In this document: one piece after another, positions 25,728 to 37,517 of the stretch
Position numbering within the stretch: position 1 is the first letter of the stretch
Layout of the letters: each line of letters begins with the position of its first letter
Source of the DNA: Octopus sinensis
Taxonomy: Eukaryota
Length of the DNA stretch: 64,000 nt
Direction of reading: 5' to 3'
NCBI RefSeq assembly: GCF_006345805.1
Contig: NW_021834662.1
Coordinates: 1-64,000, forward strand
Program-made: the position numbers and the translations under genes
Notes under the pieces: model-generated
Database searches by the model: none
Seen by the model: the letters and a program-made list of their open reading frames with translations, nothing else
Told to the model about the DNA's origin: nothing

Positions 25728-26368
25728 TTGGTGTAATTGATAATTATTCCAAATAATTAATTTCACCCTTTATTGTTACTGTAACCATATTTTATCCCAT
25801 AAATGACCACAGCATTTTGTCTTGGCTACACGCGGGTGGAAGGGGGCTGGTGACACAACTTTCATTCACACTTTGAATTTCGTGGTACTGGGTCATGCTT
25901 TGGCTCGCTCTGACACTGAGTTGAGATAATGCCTTCTAGGATATCTCACAATTTATATACAATTTTCATAATTGTAGTATCCTGCGCCGATGAGAAAGAA
26001 AATTTGGGTAAGGTAGAATTTTCTAATTCTTATGCTTTCCTAAAACTTGATTTCGAAACGTACGTCCGTAGGTAACTTAAAATTGTATGATAGATTGCCG
26101 TCATTTCATTCTTCTTTCTTTCTTACCTGTCTGTGTTTGCCTTTCAAATGCTGTGTTTTTATGATCCCCCTTTTAGTAGAGAGGAATAGCTTATCTCTCT
26201 TGACTGCTATTTCTAAATTCGGTGTGTTGGTGAGGGCATTATTTGCTAAACCCTTATTACTTAGTATTACTTAAATTTTCCTCGAATGGGGCTTTTAACA
26301 TGCCGAAATCTACTTGGTGTAATTGATAATTATTCCAAATTAATTAATTTCACCCTTTATTGTTACTG
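25728..26368 (+). mobile_element. Non-coding hammerhead-bearing unit with ~54-bp terminal direct repeats (retrozyme- or pLTR-like)
   Basis: Repeat 25728-25781 equals 26314-26368 (period 586 bp); no ORF of note; (TA)n flanks. Confidence 0.7.
25981..26072 (+). ncRNA. Type I hammerhead motif with long stem II (U4C variant)
   Basis: CCUGCG-CCGAUGA-GAAA..(61 nt in total)..UUUC-GAAA-CGUACG-UC-CGUAGG; 6-bp helix I; palindromic stem III; GUC triplet. Confidence 0.8.
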
Positions 26369-26517
26369 ATATATATATACATATATATATACATACATAC
26401 ATATATACACATATATACATATATATATATACATACATACATACATACATATACATATATATATATATTAATATATATATATATATATACGTATATTATA
26501 TATATATATTATATGTT

Positions 26518-28583
26518 GAGGCCCAAATATTCTCTAATTTCACTGGTCCCACTCCTGAAATATATGGTCGTTATATGACGACATTATCGGTGCCACCTCA
26601 CTCTCCCGCGAACATCTAGATTCCTTCCTCTCTTTCGTCCAATCTTTCCATCCAGCCGTCCACTTCACTTCCACTATCTCCAACACCTCTGTCCTCCTTC
26701 CTCGACATTTCGGTTAGCATTCTTCACTCCACACTCTTACCACCTCCATCCATTCACTACAAACACACAGACTCACACTCATACCTCAACTTCTCTTCCT
26801 CCCACCCAGAACACACCAAGCTTTCCATCCCCTATTCCCATTCCTCCGTCTACGTAGGCTCTGTAGTGACGACCATGACTTTGAGACTCAGTCTCAACGT
26901 ATGGCTCACCACTTCACCCTACGTGGATACCCCCTCACCACTATCCACACCGCCCTTGCCAGAGCACGGTCCGTGGACCGTGTATCTGCTCTCTCTCCCC
27001 CGAACCCGCCCTGTAGTCTCTCCCGCCTCCCTTTTTCCCCTCACTTACCACCCCACGACCCTACGTCTCCAACGCACTATTCTTCGAGCTTTCCGTCATC
27101 TCCAGTCCGACCCGTCCACTTCACACCTCTTCCCTAACCGACCCCCTCCCCTCTTTCAAACGAGCCCACAAACCTCGAGACCTTTTGTCCATAGCTCCTT
27201 CCCTGACCTACCTCCCAACCCGGCTCGTTCCCCTGCTCCCGCCCACGTTGCCGCACTTGCCCTTACCTCTCCAACACCACCCGCCTCACTAGCACCCACC
27301 ATCGACCCTATCCCATCATCCACTCCTTCACCTGCACCTCCACCAATATTTCTATTGCATCTCTTGCTCTCTCTGCAATTCCTTGTACATCGGACAAACG
27401 GGACGCCGCTTGGCTGACCGGTTCGCGGAACACCTTCGTGACATCCACCTTGCGAACGACACACCGGTCTCACGCCATTTCCGCTCCACCGGTCACTCCT
27501 TGCAACACCTATCTGTGTTCGGTTTGTCCTTACACAGAGGCCATCCGGATTCCCGTTTGCGCCGTGAACAGGAATTAATCTTCTCTCTTCGCTCTTATAC
27601 GCCATTTGGTCTCAACTCTCCCCCCCTCCTCATCTAACCCCCCTCTCCCCCTCCTCATCTAACCCCCTCTCCCCCCTCCTCACCTATCCTTCCTCCCCCC
27701 GACCCCTACTTCTTCAGTCCTTCATCCTTTCACCCCTACTCCCCTTCCCTTCTTCCCTCTTTCTCCCTCCCCTTCCCCTTCCCTCTGCTCCCTCACTCCC
27801 TCTCTCCCCTTCTCTCTCCCCCCCCCTCTCCCTCTTTCCTCCTTCATCCCTCCTCCCCCCTTCTCTCCCCCCCTCTTCTCCCCCTCCCCTATTCTCCTCA
27901 CTACACCACATGACTTTACACATCACATCACATATGATGTACCATACTATACACACACCAACTAATACATACTAATACGTACTAATACATACTAGTACAT
28001 ACTAATACTTACACCAACCCTATACATACACACGTCCAGACCCCGCATACGCACTTATATCTCCTCACACACACACACCACACTATACATACCAATACGT
28101 ACTAATACATACTAATACATACTAATACATACACCAACCCCATACATACGCACGTCCAGACCAATCCTACGCACTAATACTCTCTCATACACACACACAC
28201 ACACACACACCCTTATACATACTAATACATACACCAACCCTATACATATACACATCCAGACCCCTCCCACGCACTTTTAGCTGGTCCCTCAACCCTTTTA
28301 TCAACCCTATTATCTCCCCTTATTTCGCTCTCCGCGTCTCATGTTTGATCTTTGACCCTGGCCGAAATCAGATCGCCATGTTGATTCGTTAGCTACTGCA
28401 CGCATTTTTTTCTCTCCTTCTTTCTGTGTTTTTCTCTCTCTGTGTATCTTTCTGTTGAAGAGCGTAGGCTCGAAACGTTAAAGACTTGTTTTATTTATAT
28501 TTCCTGAGCGCCATACTAATACAATTGTTCGTTTGTTTTCCACCTGCCTTCGTCTTTTGTTTATTTTCATAAAGCTTCCCGTT
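26518..28583 (+). mobile_element. Penelope-like element (Neptune-type), 5'-truncated: RT C-terminal half, Zn-finger linker, GIY-YIG endonuclease, repetitive 3' UTR, pLTR
   Basis: YGRY(I)DDIIG, FLDISV, YKHTDSHSYLNFSSSHP, CSRPRCRTCPY, YCISCSLCNSLYIGQTGRRLADRFAEH...PFGLN; several frameshifts. Confidence 0.92.
28447..28484 (+). ncRNA. Minimal type I hammerhead motif in the pLTR (A6U variant)
   Basis: UCUUU-CUGUUGA-A-GAGC-guag-GCUC-GAAA-CG-UU-AAAGA. Confidence 0.7.
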
Positions 28584-28684
28584 ATATATATATATATATG
28601 CTCCAGCATGGCCACAGTCAAATGACTGAAACAAGTAAAAGAGTAAAAGAGTAAAAGAGTATATATATATATATATATATATAT

Positions 28685-28847
28685 AGGCTAAGAAGTGGCT
28701 GTGTGATAAGAAGCTTGATTCTCAACCACATCGTTCCGGGTTCAGCCCCACTACGTACCACCATGGGCAAATGTCTTCTACTCGGACCAACCAAAGCCAT
28801 GTGAGTGGATTTGGTAGACAAAACTGAAAAAAGCCCCATATATATAG

Positions 28848-28907
<60 letters not shown>

Positions 28908-29165
28908 TATATTTATGTATATATGTATTCATGTATGTATGTATGTATGTATGTATATATGTGTGTGTGTATGTATTTCTGGTGTCAATGTTTGTTCTTC
29001 CCAACATCCCTAGACAACCGATGTCGGTGTGATTACATCTCTGTAACTTAGCGGTTCGGCAAAAGAGACCGATAGAGTAAGTCCTGGGCTCGATTTGTTC
29101 GACTAAAGGTGGTGCTTCCTCATGGCCGCAGTGAATTGACTAAAACAAGTAAAAGAGTAAAAGAA
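28685..29165 (+). mobile_element. SINE family B, full length (isolated 3' tip at 28600-28660)
   Basis: Head GTGGCTGTGTGATAAG, internal (TA)/(TATG)n, AAACAAGTAAAAGAGT tail. Confidence 0.88.
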
Positions 29166-29334
29166 TATATATCGTATGTATGCGTGTCTTTGCATTTCTT
29201 CCATGCGCCGCTTGACAACCGGTATTTGTTTGTTGACGTCTCGGCGAAACAAGTAGATTAAGTACCAGACATAGATCAGGTACTGGGGTCGATGTTTTTC
29301 AACGAAATCAGCAATATTATGTTTGTTTTTGAAG

Positions 29335-29530
29335 GCTGAGTGGTTAGCTGGCAGAGTGGGTAGCACGCCTGACAAAACACGTAGCTTCATGTCATTGGTC
29401 TTTAAATTCTGAGTTCAAATTCTTCCGTTGTCGACTTTGCCCTTTATCCTTTCGAGGTCGATAATACTCGTACCAGTTGAGCTCAGGGTTTGATGTAATT
29501 GACTAGCTTCCTCCTTTCTAAATTTTGAGC
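29335..29530 (+). mobile_element. SINE family A
   Basis: GCTGGCAGAGTGGGTAGCACGCC...GAGTTCAAATT...GACTTTGCCTTTATCCTTTCGAGGTCGAT. Confidence 0.8.
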
Positions 29531-29593
29531 CTTGTGTCTTTAAAAGAAAAGGAATATTATCGTGGATTTGATGGCGAAGTTTACAGATATTGT

Positions 29594-30063
29594 AAGCGGC
29601 TGACCTCCCTTGTTCGAAGGTTATAATGGACACAGTTTGTGTGTCAAATAGCTATCTTAAGGCGATGGCCTCATGGAGCTAATCAGCGACAGCTTTTAGT
29701 CTTATATCTATAAGACTGCCATATTAATATGGCGATAACAATTAATTTCCAGTAACGCTGCCGTAATCTCTTTTAGAGAGACTTAGTAATTTTAATATTT
29801 CTATTATTGAAAACAAGTGGATGTATTCCACCGAAACTAGGTAAATAAAACCTTCGAACAGAGACGATCAGTGGCGACACCTGCTGGGTCAATTACGCTA
29901 CATTGACAAAGGGCAAATACCCTGAAACGCGTCTGTAGCTGTCTGACTAGCAGTGTGAAGCGGCTGACCTCCCTTGTTCGAAGGTTATAATGGAGCTAAT
30001 CAGCGACAGCTTTTAGTCTTATATCTATAAGACTGCCATATTAATATGGCGATAACAATTAAT
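29594..30063 (+). mobile_element. Partial tandem (period 364 bp) of a pLTR-like non-coding unit; related copy at 45093-45275
   Basis: AAGCGGCTGACCTCCCTTGTTCGAAGGTTATAATGG at 29594 and 29958; the second copy is deleted between ATGG microhomologies. Confidence 0.7.
29897..29939 (+). ncRNA. Decayed type I hammerhead
   Basis: GCUACA-UUGACAA-AGGG-caaaua-CCCU-GAAA-CGCG-UC-UGUAGC; all helices perfect, core differs from CUGACGA by two transitions. Confidence 0.65.
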
Positions 30064-30065
30064 AT

Positions 30066-30108
<43 letters not shown>

Positions 30109-30828
30109 ATATATATATGTATGCATATATATATTTTGTTATTGAACGTTGATATGTTCACGTCTTTTTCTAGATGTTTACAAGTTCAGGACTTCAACCA
30201 GCATGGATCTACGCAGGATTGCACCTAGGGACTTATGGACTTATTACTCCAACATCGGAAAGTTGAACTGTGAACTTGTATGCTTCTTTTATCTTCTCTC
30301 TTCCTTCATCTCCTTATTCTTTACTCCTGTCCTCATTGTCGTCATTTCATTAATCTACACTCTTTTCATTTTCCCTATTTGTCTCTGATGACGGATTATC
30401 ACATACTTTGGGATATCCCTAAAACAGCTGCAAGATTTTGAATTTCTTCCTATAATAATATTGTATATGACTTGAGATGTTTGTCTTGCCTTAATGTTTG
30501 CTCTCCTGTTTAACAATTTTATATCCGCTGAATCGGAGATCTGCAATGGCTCCGTAACTACCGTCTCGGCTATAACCTTGGAGCCCTGCTAGTAATCTGT
30601 TACAGCACCTACCTAGCATACCTAATCGTTTAGATCACCTGTGAATAAAACTCCTATATTTTGTATATATATATAAAAGTAGTTGAATGAATTATCTTAT
30701 TATGGATAATTCGGTTAACCGATACCTGGGAAGCAAATACGCGTCAGAAAAACACGGTTGAAGCTACATGCCTAGGGCAGAGATCACGTGCTTTCGTGTG
30801 GAAATTTGTGCGTTTTTTTAAATACAAA

Positions 30829-31012
30829 TAAATGAAAGAATGGAGTTGAGCGACGAATTAACAAAATTCCTTTATTTTCGACATATGTTTCGAAGGCTGC
30901 ATATTCCTAATTCCTTATTCCTTATTCCTTCGAAATTAGGAATATGCAGCCTTCGAAACATATGTCGAAAATAAAGGAATTTTGTTATTTCGTCGTTCAA
31001 CTCCATTCTTTC

Positions 31013-31017
<5 letters not shown>
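30829..31017. repeat. Near-perfect fold-back of a PLE tail (84-bp arms, 21-bp spacer)
   Basis: 30829-30912 vs 30934-31017 with 2 mismatches; contains the hammerhead 3' half GAAA-CAUAUG-UC-GAAA; tail related to 6642-6701. Confidence 0.85.
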
Positions 31018-31053
<36 letters not shown>

Positions 31054-31556
31054 AACATTACCAACCACATATATTCAATGCATACTCTCCGTCTATTTGC
31101 CGGCAGGCTGACCTCTGGTGTGGTGGAGAATACTCTCTCCAAGCGCCGGGTGTCAAAACGCCTAAAGGTCATGGACAAGCGAGATTATTCACCTTTAATC
31201 TCGTCAAGGAGTGATGGACATCGACGTTTCGCCATTTTCGTGACTTATGAACATCACGACCCCGAACAGAATCAGAGATGAACCATTTCTCATACATAAT
31301 ACATACATAATACATACATACATACATACATACATACATACATACATACATACATACATACATACATACATACATACATACATCAGAGACAAATAGGGAA
31401 AATGAAAAAAGGTAACTACCGAAGAAACTACACCGCTATTATAGTAGGGTTGCAAATGCAACGTCTACTAATCAATGCAGTAGAAACATGTGTAGGTCTA
31501 TTTGAAACTGCGTGTATATATATATAAAGGAATTAAAAGTAATTCTCTGCTACTAC

Positions 31557-31611
<55 letters not shown>

Positions 31612-31616
<5 letters not shown>

Positions 31617-32168
31617 GCCCTGATGCAGTACCAGGCAGTGGCTCTCATGGCTTCTGATCTTAACTGATTGGAAGTGTTATCATGTACATTGTTTTGTCTT
31701 GGTATAAAAGATGGGCTACAGCAATATTCTGCTCAATACCACAGATTTGCTTGTCAGTTGTTTGACCTTAACCAGTTGAGCATGTCCCTTAGTGGCTGAC
31801 GATATGTGCATCTCTGATCACGAGCAGAAGTAGTGGGGGAGCATCATAGCCATGTGTTGAGAGGGATGCTTTGGGGTTTGAATAGTTCACCTCTGGAAAC
31901 ATGGGTGGTTCTTTCAACATCCTTAACAACCCTATTCGGGGACCGTTTGAGCGGGATGGGCTACTCAACCTGAAGAAAATTCAAACTGGCCCCACCTGCA
32001 AGGTCATGTGCTGTTTATCTTGATATGAGATCACCATGTCGCGCACATATGGTTGTGATGCATGTGCCTGGTGTACCTTTATCAGACGGGTAGTCATGAT
32101 GGGTATATTGGGCTTCGTATATTTTACCCCAGTGTCACTTTGATGGCATGAACTGCTCTCTCACTCAA
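31612..32168 (+). mobile_element. ~560-bp non-coding element embedded in (AAT)n, second copy
   Basis: Homolog of 13359-13920. Confidence 0.8.
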
Positions 32169-32169
32169 T

Positions 32170-32205
32170 AATAATAATAATGATAATTATTATTATTATT
32201 ATTAC

Positions 32206-32245
<40 letters not shown>

Positions 32246-32249
32246 GTTG

Positions 32250-32281
<32 letters not shown>

Positions 32282-32543
32282 GTTGTTGTTGTTTTCTCTT
32301 TATCACAGGTATTGTTGGAGGTCATGGAGTCTTGCATGCCTAGCGGACTTACTACCTGCAACCTACTGTACCATGCTATTTGTACTTTATCATTCTCTTC
32401 TTCTTCTTCTTCCTCTTCTTCTTCTCTCTTCTTCATCTTCTTCTTCTCTTCTTCTTCTTCTTTCTTCTTCTTCTTCCTTCTTCTTCTTCTTCTTCTTCTC
32501 TTCTTCTTCTTCTTCTTCTTCTTCTTCTTCTTCTTCTTCTTCA

Positions 32544-32575
<32 letters not shown>

Positions 32576-32600
32576 TATTATTATATTATTATTATTGGTG
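32170..32600. repeat. (ATT)n, (GTT)n, (CTT)n compound microsatellites
   Basis: Direct reading. Confidence 0.93.
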
Positions 32601-32867
32601 ATATATATATATTATTATATATATATATACATACATACGTCCATATCCATATCCACACATATCTGTATATGCCTTGTCTTGAGCCCTCAGCACTTTAATA
32701 TTTCCGACATCATTTGGGGTATGAAGATCTGCTTTTAGAATTCGTGGAGCATATCCTACTGCTTCCAGGACGTGAGAGAAAAGTAAATAAATAAATAAGT
32801 AAAGAAAAAAAACAAAGAAGGAAAGAAAGAAAGAGAAGAGTAAACATCAATAAAAGACTGGTGATGT

Positions 32868-33000
32868 ATTTATCGACCCCGAAAAGATGAAAGGCAAAGT
32901 TGGCCTCGGCAGTGTTTGAACCCAAAACGTTGAGAATTGGAAAGATTATCGCAAAGCAATCTATCTTTCGCTCTAACGACCATGCCAATTAGTCGCTTAC
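32868..33000 (-). mobile_element. SINE family A head fragment
   Basis: TCGACCCCGAAAAGATGAAAGGCAAAGTTGGCCTCGG. Confidence 0.75.
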
Positions 33001-33096
33001 GCACAGGCACACACACACACGCGCACACACACACACGCGCGCACACAACACACACACACACACACACCACACACACACACACGCACACACACACAA

Positions 33097-33127
<31 letters not shown>

Positions 33128-33142
33128 AAAACACACAAACAC

Positions 33143-33199
<57 letters not shown>

Positions 33200-33713
33200 T
33201 ACACATACACACACACATTAGGCTATATGGAAACGTATCATTTGCATATATTTATATGATTGCATTTATTCACGTATATATGCGTATGTAAACATCCCTA
33301 CATAAAAACATCACACACACATATTTGTGTGTGTGTTTTGAGTGTCTGTGTTGGGAAGTATATATGCACACATATACGCATGTACATATATGTAGACAGA
33401 TAGCTAGGTGATAGCTTTTTGTATTGCTCCAAGCATTTAGATATTCGGTTCAACAAGCTGTTACTCAACGCAGATCTTGTGCGCACGCGCGTGGCCACGT
33501 GTTCTTAATCCAACTAGCATAGGATATTTGTTTCATACACACATGCGTACACCCTCTTACAAATGCTGACTGTCATAACCAACACACACACCCGCACGCA
33601 CACACACAATCCCGTAAATAAACCAACAGACGCATGCGCGTATTACACTCACATTTTATATACATACATGTATACACACACACACACACACACATATATA
33701 TATGCATATATAA

Positions 33714-33775
<62 letters not shown>

Positions 33776-33821
33776 ATTCTATATTATATATATATATATA
33801 TATATACACCACACACACATA

Positions 33822-35100
33822 CAAGGGTTGGACAAAATAATGGAAACACCTAACATCATAGCATCGTAATTGTGAAATTTTTACTAAACTGTCAAAAGAT
33901 AATTTATTTTTATGTTTTTTTGTTATTTATTATTAGTGTTACTTAATATGTTTTGCTAAAATTGCTGTTTCTTTTCAGATATCATCAGAAAAAGTTAATT
34001 AAAATTCATTGAAATGACAGATCTATCGAACTTTCAAAGAGGTCATATTGTTGGTGCTCGTATGGCAGGTGATAGCGTAACCAAAACAGCCGAAATGTTT
34101 GGTGTATCAATAAGTACTGTCTCGAAAGTAATGGCAGCCTTTGAGAAAGAGGGAAAAACCTCCTCGTCGAAACAACACTCCAGAAGAAACCCAAAACTTT
34201 CAGATAGGGACCGTCGGACTCTTACACGAATTGTTAGAAAGGATCACAAAACTACACCACCGATCACAAAACTACACTACAGAGCTTAATGTCCACCTCG
34301 AGAACCCAGTTTCCACAGAAACTGTTCGCCGGGATCTACACAAAGCCAGATTTCACGGGAGGGTCGCAATCAGAAAATCACTACTTTAAAAAACAAGCGT
34401 TGCAAAGCGTTTAGAGTGGAGTAAAAACCTACCGAATTCGTCCCTAGAGCAGTGGAAGAATGTTATTTTTTCTCGGGCGAGTCATCCCTTACCTTATTTC
34501 CGACCACTAGCTGTGTATACGTGTATACGCATTTGACCCAGACTGCCTTCTTGCAACTGTTAAACATGGAAGGGGATCTGTGATGTTCTGGGGTGGGGGG
34601 AGCTGTATCTTGGAAATCCTCCGGCCCAATGGTTTCCCTTCATGGCAGAATTAATAGTTAAGACTATTTAGGCATTTTATCTGATCAAATTCATCCTATA
34701 TTTGCGGAACTGTTTCTGGAGGGAAACACAATCTTTCAGGATGATAATGCACCAATAAACTCAGCTTAAGTTGTTACTGAATGGCACGAGGAACATTCTA
34801 GTGAAGTTGAACATCTTATCTGGGCACCAGAGTCCCCAGATCTCAATATTATTGAACATTTATGGTGCATTTTAGAAAAGCAAGTAATGAGTTGATATCC
34901 TCCACCATCATCACCACAAGAACTGGAGACTGTTTTAGCTAAAGAATGCACAAAAATTCCTTTGGGAACAATTCAAACTTTCTACGAGTCCATACCTCGC
35001 AGAATCCACGCTGTAATTACTGAAAAAGGCGGCATTACTCTATATTAAAATAAATTTGTTTGAAATCTTAAGGTGTTTCCATTATTCTGTCCAACCTCTG
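33822..35100 (+). mobile_element. Full-length Tc1-type transposon with DD36E spacing (Incomer-like), transposase pseudogene ~34014-35048
   Basis: 30-bp TIRs (27/30 match) CAAGGGTTGGACAAAATAATGGAAACACCT; TA on both sides; 1279 bp; FQDDNAP D at 34743 to SPDLNIIE E at 34854 gives 36 intervening residues; frameshifts and stops. Confidence 0.92.
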
Positions 35101-35109
35101 TATATATAT

Positions 35110-35144
<35 letters not shown>

Positions 35145-35177
35145 TAATATATATATATATATATGTATATATATTAC

Positions 35178-35254
<77 letters not shown>

Positions 35255-35280
35255 TAATATTATATATATAATTATATATG

Positions 35281-35314
<34 letters not shown>

Positions 35315-35486
35315 AAATAAGAAAATGGAGGAATAGAATTCTTTCAATCATCAACTACCAGATAATACCAATTCATATAATTTATTAACTATTATTTAGA
35401 TTAAATAGGAACATCCAATTCCACAGAATAATACAGAATAAAACAATAAGTAAGATAATACCATAAGAATACTACATATAAAATGG

Positions 35487-35614
35487 ATCTTACAGCTGTT
35501 TCAGCCTATAGATAAGAGTATTTCATTATGCCCATATTAGTCAGATGTATTGAGGTAATATGCAGTTAAAAATGAGTTACTTATATATATATATCTCAAG
35601 GCCTCGTCAGAGAT
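35487..35614 (-). ncRNA. Type I hammerhead with ~100-nt stem II insertion
   Basis: Revcomp AUCU-CUGACGA-GGCCU...AGGCU-GAAA-CAGCUG-UA-AGAU. Confidence 0.78.
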
Positions 35615-36984
35615 TATAAAGTACAATTATAAAGATATAAAATGAAGATATAAAATGCAAATATGAATATTAAAGAAGGTACACATATACAAGAATATGC
35701 ATATATACATATAAGTGTATATACCCCTACATATACATATATATAAGTATATACATAATAATATACATACACATAAGGTTACAGTTAATCAGATCTATAT
35801 ACTGGAATATACATATATGTATATCCACATCAAATTGTACATATACAAAGTCCAAAGTTCATTGTATTACATTACTAAAAACTATTATTATTATCATTAA
35901 TAATACCAATAAAGGAATATGTGCATTCTGCTATTCACAATACATAGTAGATGGAAAATACCACATAAAATACATCATAATATAATACAGTGTAACACGC
36001 CAGTAAATTAATTAATTCAATATAATAAAATAATGCAAAACAATATACAATGTCACAATATACAATGTCACAATATACAATGTCATTATATTCATATGTT
36101 ATACAGCGAAAATCGAAACTTTAGTCTAAATATACATACATATATATACACACAGGTACCAAATACATGCACATATGCATGTACATACATACAGTTCGCA
36201 TATCAATAGGTGAGTGATAGGTCTTAACAGGCTGATAGATTATTTACAATCTAAAGCTCAATTCAATTGGTTGGCACATTTGAATTTCATTGTCTTAGTT
36301 ACGGTTGGTTGGTTAAAATACACATACGTACATACATTAACATATGCGCACATACACACGTACACATAGATAAACATAAGCACATAAATACACACTTACA
36401 TACATACGTATATATCAATATACATACATATATACACATATACACATACCTAAAAACACCCACTTACATATATATGTATATATATACATACACATACATA
36501 CTAATAACTAAAAAATAGTATTATAAACCATTAAAGTGAAATCTATGCTAATTCTTTATACGTAGAAAAAGGCCTGAAAGGGTAATTCCTAATGTATAAA
36601 AAAATAGCCTAAAAGGGTAGAAAACGTTAGAATTAAGATATTCAGACAAAGCTTTCTACGGAAATAGAAACTAAGCAAACGTATTTGACAACATTTAAGG
36701 TATAGAAAGAGGAAGTGATTTACGGAAGATACAGAAATCAAAATTCACCGTTTAAATAAACCGTTACAGTAATGCGAATCCAAACTTTCAGCTTTATCGC
36801 TCCATTCAAACTCGCTGTAAAAGTTAAGTTGTATAAAATACCGTAATAAAAACAATATATTAAGTATCTGACCATATATCAATATCTACTAGTTTGAGTT
36901 TATCATAGTTGAAGTAATAGAGATCGATATACCGTTTTAATGTTACTCAAACATATCTTAATATCTTTATAATTGTACTTTATA

Positions 36985-37112
36985 ATCTCTGACGAGGCCT
37001 TGAGATATATATATATAAGTAACTCATTTTTAACTGCATATTACCTCAAAACATCTGACTAATATGGGCCTAATGAGATACTCTTATCTACAGGCTGAAA
37101 CAGCTGTAAGAC
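36985..37112 (+). ncRNA. Type I hammerhead with ~100-nt stem II insertion
   Basis: AUCU-CUGACGA-GGCCU...AGGCU-GAAA-CAGCUG-UA-AGAC. Confidence 0.75.
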
Positions 37113-37517
37113 CCATTTTATATGTATTGTTCTTATGGTATTATCTTACTTATTGATGTATATTGTTTTATTCTGTATTATTCTGTTGGGTTTGGATGTT
37201 CCTATTTAATCTAAATAATTATTTAATAAATTATATGAATTGGTTTTTATGTGGTAGTTGATGATTGAAAGAAATCTATTCCCCCATTTTCTTATTTTGT
37301 ATTATGAATTTGAGGTAAAACATTTTACCTTCGCCCATATAATACAATAAATGAATTAATTGCATTGCAATTTTTAGCATTTATGCATTAGCATTTCTGG
37401 GTACTTTACCGGCAGTATATTGGATAAATGATATCCCATAGTGGGTTACACCCATAACCCCTATCTCACTTTGTACTTATATATATATATATATAAAACA
37501 ATACATATATATATATA

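Larger units (their letters stand above)
35315..37297. mobile_element. PLE remnant with inverted ~325-bp pLTRs (35315-35639 / 36961-37297)
   Basis: Arms are reverse complements, each with a hammerhead; weak GIY-YIG-like remnant (KLSKRI*QHL) at ~36660-36710 on +. Confidence 0.8.

Noticed and set aside
31612-31700. HDV-like ribozyme at the 5' end of the (AAT)n-embedded element
   Set aside because: A P1-P4 nested pseudoknot could not be assembled by eye; needs a descriptor search
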